Shown here: piece by piece, positions 59,000 to 64,000 of the stretch
How the letters are laid out: each line of letters opens with the position of its first letter
Numbering within the stretch: the stretch's first letter is position 1
Source of the DNA: a virus
Taxonomy: Duplodnaviria > Caudoviricetes
Virus record (IMG/VR): IMGVR_UViG_3300043447_000710
Coordinates: 64,001 to 128,000 of that record
DNA: 64,000 nucleotides
Reading direction: 5' to 3' (one strand)
Made by a program: the position numbers and the translations under genes
Notes under the pieces: generated by a model
Databases searched by the model: none
Seen by the model: only the letters and a program-made list of their open reading frames with translations
Told to the model about the DNA's origin: nothing

Positions 59000-60604
59000 A
59001 TGCCAGTACCAATTTTAGAAAATCAAGGCGGGGCAGCTCTAGATACTATTCAAGTAATTAATTCTGCAGTTTCAGCCACGGTTAGTATCTGGGGCAGCAC
59101 GATACCTTGTACGTTTACTACGAGCGGCCAAACTTTAACTTTGCCAACGATTGCTACTAGTGATATCGGTAAGGAAATCACCGTACAGAACGCAGGTATT
59201 ACTAGTTTCGCACTAGCTATAGCGACTGGTGTTATTACTAGTGCTATCGGTATCGAGATATTGCCAGCTAGTACCTTTGTGATTAAGGCTGTCGATACGA
59301 ATACCGCTGTAGTTACCAGTACTAATGCGGCGCAAGGCGTCTTAGCAGCTTTTGGCAGCGCAGTTCTAGACAATCAAACCTTTACTACTAATACCTTTGT
59401 AAATTCAACTAACGGTATATTTGCTATTCCTTCAGCCGGAACTTGGCGGTTGCGTTACGACATATCAACGGAAGGAACTGGCGCTAATACTAACTCACAC
59501 GTTCGGGTAGTGGATAGTCTTGGCGTGCTACAACTGGGAACGGAAAGAAGTAGAGGAGCTGCGGTTACTACAAATCAAGTCCTAACGGGTGAGGTAATAG
59601 TCACGACCGTCGGCGAAACTACTTACACTCTTCAAGGTAGGAATGGTGGTAGCGGTACTATGTCTGTCGTAAATACAGGCAATGGGAATTCCACTATTTC
59701 TTGGGAGAAGCTTTCTGGGTTTGCTTCGATAAGCTCGGTAGTTAGTGCTTTACAGGGAGCGCTACAGATCATAGATAGAACTAGCGATTTAGGCGATTGG
59801 ATCTTGCTTGATGGGCGTTTAAAGTCTACGCTTACCCCTTCACAGCAAGCTGTAGCTACTGCCCTGGGTTATGGTACGAACATTCCTGACATGCGCGGGC
59901 GGTTGCCGATCGGTGCTGGCGGAACGGCAGCGGTGGCTTATCAGGGACTGGGCGGCACTAATAATATCCTTCAAAATCAACTGCCTAATGTCACTCTAGG
60001 TGGCAGCACTAGCGATCCCGGCGGCCATACTCACACAGTGACGAGTTGGACGGGATCTAAAGTAAACGTATCTGGCGGTAGTGGGTTGGGAGTTCTAGAT
60101 GTTTTAGGGCAAACTTCGCCACCTTCCCAGACCAGCAGTAGCGCTGGCGGCCACGCCCATACAATTACTACTTCGTCAATCAACGGCGGCGTTACCCAGC
60201 AGAATCATTTGCCGCCAGTTCGAGGTTCTAACTGGTTTGTATGGTTGGGGCCAACTTCTTCTTCCGTCTCTACTCCCTGGTTGTTACCAGGAGTACAGAC
60301 CGACACCACGTTAGGTAATATAACTATTGCCGCAAACATCAATACATTAGTTGTAGATCCTCCATCTATAGCGACTAACAAACAAATCGTGTTGCCGGGA
60401 CAACTTGATATCGCAGACGGTCAAAGTTTATCTATTTATTTTGGCGGCGCAGTTCAAGCGTTTAATGCGGTCGTATCGACCCTTTCGATAGTACCTCCAG
60501 CAGGAATGACTTTAACAGGAGCTCTAACTCCAGTAGAAGCTTTGAGTGGCGACTCTCTTACTTATATCAAATTTGGCTCCGCTTGGCGGCGGATCGATAC
60601 TTAA
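59000..60604 (+). CDS. Tail fibre protein with tail collar domain
   Basis: DWILLDGR...NIPDMRGRLPIGAG, GGHTH/GGHAH repeats, NHLPP. Confidence 0.82.
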   Translation: MPVPILENQGGAALDTIQVINSAVSATVSIWGSTIPCTFTTSGQTLTLPTIATSDIGKEITVQNAGITSFALAIATGVITSAIGIEILPASTFVIKAVDTNTAVVTSTNAAQGVLAAFGSAVLDNQTFTTNTFVNSTNGIFAIPSAGTWRLRYDISTEGTGANTNSHVRVVDSLGVLQLGTERSRGAAVTTNQVLTGEVIVTTVGETTYTLQGRNGGSGTMSVVNTGNGNSTISWEKLSGFASISSVVSALQGALQIIDRTSDLGDWILLDGRLKSTLTPSQQAVATALGYGTNIPDMRGRLPIGAGGTAAVAYQGLGGTNNILQNQLPNVTLGGSTSDPGGHTHTVTSWTGSKVNVSGGSGLGVLDVLGQTSPPSQTSSSAGGHAHTITTSSINGGVTQQNHLPPVRGSNWFVWLGPTSSSVSTPWLLPGVQTDTTLGNITIAANINTLVVDPPSIATNKQIVLPGQLDIADGQSLSIYFGGAVQAFNAVVSTLSIVPPAGMTLTGALTPVEALSGDSLTYIKFGSAWRRIDT

Positions 60605-60606
60605 TT

Positions 60607-61827
60607 ATGGCTACACTTTCTGAATTACGACGGCTGTTAGGATTTGGTACTGTAGGATTTACTACTGCTGCATCTGGCGGTCACTCAGCTATAGGCGCGA
60701 ACATATTAAACACGGCGGCTAATTCCACTACAGTTACGGATCTATTTAACATAGACGGTACGGCTACGCAGTATAGCGAGATTAGCGTGCAGATCAACTG
60801 CTCTGTAGTTTTATCTAGTGGCGATTTTCAAGTTCGCGCGTCAAACGATGCGGGCTTTGTTAACTCGATATTAATTCCGTACTCTTTTAACGGGGCTACG
60901 CCAACTACCTTTACTGCCAGTCCTTTGTTTGGCGGCACCGTTTCAAAAACGTTGTTATTTTTTAGTGGCGGTTATCGTTACGTTCGAGTAACTATCGGGG
61001 CTGCTTTAGCCCCAGCCGGCGCTACTATTTCTACAGTAGTTACTTATCTACCGGTAAGTAGACCTTCAAGATGGCTGTCCTGGTTGGCAGCAATAGGTAC
61101 CGTCAACTCGGTAAGTGCTGTAACTAACGTAACTACAATCACTCCAGGTACTGGCAGTACTAATTTAGGCAAACAGCGCGGAGGCTTAAGTGGAGGTACG
61201 GATACGTTCGTACCTAGCGGTTCTATCGTCCGCAGTACTTTTACCAGCCCGGAAAATGCTACTAACGGCAACTATACTATTGCTACAGGCAATCGGATGG
61301 GAATGCGGTACGTAGCCCCAGCAGAACTTGGAATGAACTTTAAGCTGATTACCTATGCAGGTAATGGAGGTTTGGGAATTAGAGGTAGTACTTTTAAAAA
61401 GATCCGCGTTCATAAAGTTTGGGCAGAAGGATACTATAACGGAACCGCTGCGAGCGTAGCTTTACTTTTAGACGCTTTTAAAGGTACTGGGTTGACGGCT
61501 AATATCACTACTCCGACTTTAATCAACTTAGACACAGCGTTTCCAGTCTCTGTGCTAACTATGGGAATAGATGTCGTAGGCAGCAATACAAATACTAGTC
61601 CGATCGCTGGCAGCGTTTTTATCGGTAGAGCTATAGCTAATATCATCCCTTTTGGATATGCGCCATCAGCTTCGCAGCCCTTAGCTAATTCGGGTAAGGT
61701 TCCGGCTTTAGATTTTGGCTTGACGGGTATGGTTCTTAACGGTACGGCAGAAACCTTTGGCGTCTACTGGAATCAATCGACAGCTACAGGACATCAGATA
61801 ACTATGCTTATTAGCGAAGAATTTTAG
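60607..61827 (+). CDS. Tail-associated protein (start MATL)
   Basis: Beta-rich; YRYVRV module like that in the 55414 protein. Confidence 0.65.
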   Translation: MATLSELRRLLGFGTVGFTTAASGGHSAIGANILNTAANSTTVTDLFNIDGTATQYSEISVQINCSVVLSSGDFQVRASNDAGFVNSILIPYSFNGATPTTFTASPLFGGTVSKTLLFFSGGYRYVRVTIGAALAPAGATISTVVTYLPVSRPSRWLSWLAAIGTVNSVSAVTNVTTITPGTGSTNLGKQRGGLSGGTDTFVPSGSIVRSTFTSPENATNGNYTIATGNRMGMRYVAPAELGMNFKLITYAGNGGLGIRGSTFKKIRVHKVWAEGYYNGTAASVALLLDAFKGTGLTANITTPTLINLDTAFPVSVLTMGIDVVGSNTNTSPIAGSVFIGRAIANIIPFGYAPSASQPLANSGKVPALDFGLTGMVLNGTAETFGVYWNQSTATGHQITMLISEEF

Positions 61828-63145
61828 TAAGCTCACACCCGAATAGAATTCGGGGGCTTTAGCCTCAAAGCGTAGCTACTGGAAAGAGGTCAAGCTGACC
61901 TTCTAACCGACAACTAAACCCTGGGCTTTCGGGTTGGATTACGGACAACCCCAAGGCGGCGATATTACACGCGGCATTTACATCTGAATCATGCTCGAAT
62001 CCACAGCTTCCACACTTAAATTTCTTTCCGTGCCGATAGGATTTTTTCTTATCGGTATCGGGATGGACATGCCCACATCTAGAGCAACTTTTAGAGGTGT
62101 AAGCAGGTGGAACAAATATCACTCGAACGCCAGCAATTATCGCTTTGTACTGCACAAAGATTCGCAACTGGTAAAAAGCCCAATTATTGGTTCTGCGTCG
62201 CTCGGTTTTAGTTCGAGGTTGTTGATTCAAACTCTCTCGGATATTAGTCAAATCCTCAAAGGCAAGTGCGGCGTTAAGCCGTTTGGCTTCTGCTACCAAC
62301 TTCTTGCTAATATTGTGATTCAACCATTTTTGATACCTAACTTCTCTACCTTGGAGCCTTCCCATCAAGCGACAAGCCGAACGGGTGCGTTTGCGTTGAA
62401 GATTAGATCTAGTTTTGGAATACTTGTCGCGAAGGGATTGAATTTCTTTCCCGCTCCAAGCTTTCCCAGTACTGGTAGTTGCTATATCGGTTCTGCCAAG
62501 ATCTACCCCAATTACCTTCGGAGTTTTACCCGTAGGGGGAGAGTCGATCTCGACAACAATATTGACATAATAATCCCCCTGTCTGCTCTTGTTCAGAGTT
62601 GCACTCGTTGGAGTTTGACCGCGCAACAATGCCAACTGGTAGCCCCCAATTTTAAGCGGCAAGTTAACTCGCCCGCTCATCAAAGTAACCCCAACTATTT
62701 GCTTGGATTCGTCGTATTTAAAAGTTCGAGCATCCAAACTAATCGAGGTCGGTCGAAACTGGTGGACTTGCTTAACAGCCCTAGCGTTGCCGACCACTCT
62801 TCTGAGTGCTTGACAGACATGGTTAGCCTTCAATCCCGTAGCTGCTCTAACTGGGTGGTAAGTCAGGTGATGCAACTTAGTGACATTCCAGCATTTTGCA
62901 TCCTTAGCTACGCTCAAAATCTGATTGCAAGCATTAGCAAACGCCTCAAGTGTACGGTCAATTTCTCGCCGCAACTCTTGATGGACTATAAGCTTGCACT
63001 TTACAGATAGTGATTGAGTCATGAATCTATTATAACTCATCCATCCTAGATTTTGCCAAGACCTTGTAGGCGGTTAAAACCGCTTGGGTCGTCGTTCCTC
63101 CGCGCGATAAATCGACGCGGTTTCCCAACTTCCCACTACATTCTA
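61827..63145 (-). mobile_element. IS1341-type element (tnpB only)
   Basis: Left end TCAT|TAGAATGTAGTGGGAAGTTGGGAAACCGCG hairpin; right end CCCGAATTCTATTCGGGTGTGAGCTTAC. Confidence 0.9.
61865..63040 (-). CDS. tnpB: TnpB RNA-guided endonuclease
   Basis: GVDLG, AFEDL, YTSKSCSRC...CGSC, DVNAACNI. Confidence 0.95.
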   Translation of the reverse strand: MSYNRFMTQSLSVKCKLIVHQELRREIDRTLEAFANACNQILSVAKDAKCWNVTKLHHLTYHPVRAATGLKANHVCQALRRVVGNARAVKQVHQFRPTSISLDARTFKYDESKQIVGVTLMSGRVNLPLKIGGYQLALLRGQTPTSATLNKSRQGDYYVNIVVEIDSPPTGKTPKVIGVDLGRTDIATTSTGKAWSGKEIQSLRDKYSKTRSNLQRKRTRSACRLMGRLQGREVRYQKWLNHNISKKLVAEAKRLNAALAFEDLTNIRESLNQQPRTKTERRRTNNWAFYQLRIFVQYKAIIAGVRVIFVPPAYTSKSCSRCGHVHPDTDKKKSYRHGKKFKCGSCGFEHDSDVNAACNIAALGLSVIQPESPGFSCRLEGQLDLFPVATL

Positions 63146-63166
63146 ATGAAGGAGGATAGAAATATT

Positions 63167-63433
63167 ATGGATGCGAAGGATTTTGAAAAGCAGGCTAAAG
63201 AGCAGCAGGCTTTTATCGTACTGCGGCAGTCGGAAGTCGCAGCTTGTCAAGCTGCTTTAAGCAAAGCTGGCGCGACCAACATAACAGTAAGCCGCTCGGA
63301 GATGGGATGCGATGTACCGCTAGTCTTTATTAGTATGCCGGGGCTTTCCGCTCATGTTAGGTCTAACGATTTTAAAGTACTAAAGTCTTTCGACGTTAAT
63401 TCTGTAAAGAATACCGCTTACTGGATTTGCTAA
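63167..63433 (+). CDS. Hypothetical protein (start MDAKD)
   Basis: AAGGAGG RBS at 63149; the longer start in the track lies in the IS left end. Confidence 0.6.
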   Translation: MDAKDFEKQAKEQQAFIVLRQSEVAACQAALSKAGATNITVSRSEMGCDVPLVFISMPGLSAHVRSNDFKVLKSFDVNSVKNTAYWIC

Positions 63434-63451
63434 CTCTTAAAAATAAAAACA

Positions 63452-63751
63452 ATGCTGAAAAAACAAATCAAAGGTGTTAAGATTGCTGGTTACGCTCAGC
63501 TTCAAGACGTAGAAGTTGAAGTATTATCTATCGTCCTAGCTGGGACTGTAATGACAGTACAGTACAAAGTTCGGCCAGAAAGCGTGGATGGTGTAGTTCT
63601 TCCTCCTATTAAAGAAGGTAACGTCGCCATCGATACACCAGCTCAATTAGCGGCGGGAATTTCTCAAGTCTTCGATCTATATCTTCCAGGAATGCTTGCC
63701 AAGATCGGCCAAGCTCCAGAATCAGAATCTACACCACAAGTAGCTGAATAA
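63452..63751 (+). CDS. Hypothetical protein
   Basis: ORF track. Confidence 0.6.
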   Translation: MLKKQIKGVKIAGYAQLQDVEVEVLSIVLAGTVMTVQYKVRPESVDGVVLPPIKEGNVAIDTPAQLAAGISQVFDLYLPGMLAKIGQAPESESTPQVAE

Positions 63752-63753
63752 AG

Positions 63754-64000
63754 ATGAGCTTCTCTTTTTCCTTCGATTTAGTAAATCCTCCAGACCCTCA
63801 GTTTGAAACAGTCGGCGGAGACAAAAAAGTCTTAGTTACAGCGTTTGACTTCAAACTTCCGTTTTGGCTGCGCCAAATTCAGTTTAGAATTCCTGCAGGA
63901 TATGTTTCTGATGGAGCTTCGGTACCAAGGCATCTTCGTTGGATTTACGATCGAGCTAGTCTGGGTACGTTAGCACCTTTAGCTCATGACTGGGGCTGCG
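63754..64000 (+). CDS. DUF1353 family protein (partial)
   Basis: Hand translation ...IPAGYVSDGASVPR.L.W...APLAHDW. Confidence 0.8.
   Translation, partial: MSFSFSFDLVNPPDPQFETVGGDKKVLVTAFDFKLPFWLRQIQFRIPAGYVSDGASVPRHLRWIYDRASLGTLAPLAHDWGC

Noticed and set aside
56193-59373. Multiple minus-strand ORFs opposite the tail fibre genes
   Set aside because: Antisense shadows of Thr/Ala/Gly-rich coding sequence
61991-63010. 339 aa plus-strand ORF
   Set aside because: Lies entirely antisense to an intact tnpB, has no recognisable motifs; shadow ORF

Overview
A 64 kb segment of a large, probably temperate, contractile-tailed cyanophage. Evidence for a cyanobacterial host: HIP1/CGATCG motifs, a cyanobacterial-type tRNA-Phe attP core and cyanobacterial IS605 ends. 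Left part (1-11.1 kb, mostly minus strand): accessory genes including a radical SAM protein, interrupted by a hotspot of IS200/IS605 (OMEGA) elements. The hotspot holds an IscB element with omegaRNA, a tnpA+tnpB element, two orphan TnpB-type omegaRNA/right ends, and a chimeric element where a NUMOD4-HNH endonuclease replaces tnpB while the omegaRNA is kept. At the head of the plus-strand late operon, a ~270 nt highly structured non-coding region precedes a protein with an IscB-like PLMP N-terminus fused to a phage-type HNH domain; this is the best candidate for a new RNA-associated system. It is followed by an endolysin, baseplate genes, large terminase, dUTPase and a 4365 aa virion protein (tandem PLD motifs plus three peptidoglycan-active domains). 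Centre: attP (3' half of tRNA-Phe), tyrosine integrase and a putative excisionase. Right: a minus-strand replication/nucleotide module (NrdAB, nucleases, primase, SF2 helicase, DnaX-like, UDG, beta clamp-like), then tail fibre genes with another TnpB element inserted in a stop codon. All calls rest on motif reading by eye; no database searches were run.
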